Shown here: positions 63,835 through 64,000 of the stretch, piece by piece | Layout of the letters: the number at the start of each line of letters is the position of its first letter | Position numbering within the stretch: the first letter of the stretch is position 1 | Source of the DNA: a phage | Reading direction: 5' to 3' (one strand) | Sequence record: PZ445443.1 | Length of the DNA: 64,000 bases | Made by a program: the position numbers and the translations under genes | Notes under the pieces: generated by a model | Database searches by the model: none | The model's input: the letters and a program-made list of their open reading frames with translations, nothing else | What the model was told of the DNA's origin: nothing

Positions 63835-64000
63835 TGCAGTCCTCCTTATCTAATAGGTCTTTTATCGGGTAAACAAGCAGGTGTGGATCGTAATAATTTA
63901 TAGTTTTATTCTGCCACACTATGAACTTAATTACAACTAAATTTACCACATCTTTATCTCCATGCAGTCCAACACACAGATTTGTCCATATTTTGTGGTT

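Noticed and set aside
1-64000. Integrase, repressor, attachment site or other lysogeny/mobile-element signatures
   Set aside because: No tyrosine or serine recombinase motifs, transposase or flanking direct repeats were recognised; the content is consistent with a virulent phage.

Overview
The window looks like part of a large virulent tailed-phage genome that relies on host sigma70-type promoters; no rRNA, tRNA, CRISPR array or integrase/lysogeny module was seen. It has two gene blocks. The forward block (1-26.4 kb) carries a C5-methyltransferase-like gene, a TOPRIM primase/helicase, a family A DNA polymerase, an SSB-like protein, a DarG/TARG1-like macrodomain protein, and about 50 small genes, many with their own TTGACA/TATAAT-like promoter, a GC-rich 5' UTR hairpin and an AAGAGG-type RBS. 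The reverse block (28.9-63.8 kb) carries expanded families of small acidic proteins, a ribosome hibernation factor (HPF/RaiA) homologue, a small Dam-like methyltransferase, a ClpP-like protease, PhoH, anaerobic and aerobic ribonucleotide reductases (NrdGD, glutaredoxin, NrdBA), ThyX, a HAD nucleotidase, a dNMP kinase, a second N6/N4 methyltransferase, a DEDD exonuclease, EndoVII-like and RuvC-like resolvases, a flap endonuclease, HNH endonucleases, a lambda R-type lytic transglycosylase and an ATP-dependent DNA ligase. The blocks converge on a 2.5 kb non-coding region dense in iteron-like repeats and palindromes; a second 1.1 kb non-coding region (15.2-16.3 kb) holds direct repeats and two Fur-box-like palindromes. 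Most interesting: the phage-borne DarG-like macrodomain (candidate anti-DarT factor), the phage HPF homologue, the repeat-rich non-coding loci, a four-copy promoter/operator-like cassette, and the paralogous small-protein arrays. All calls rest on reading the sequence and remembered motifs; no database search was run. Starts were refined by eye where an ATG/GTG/TTG with a better RBS was visible.
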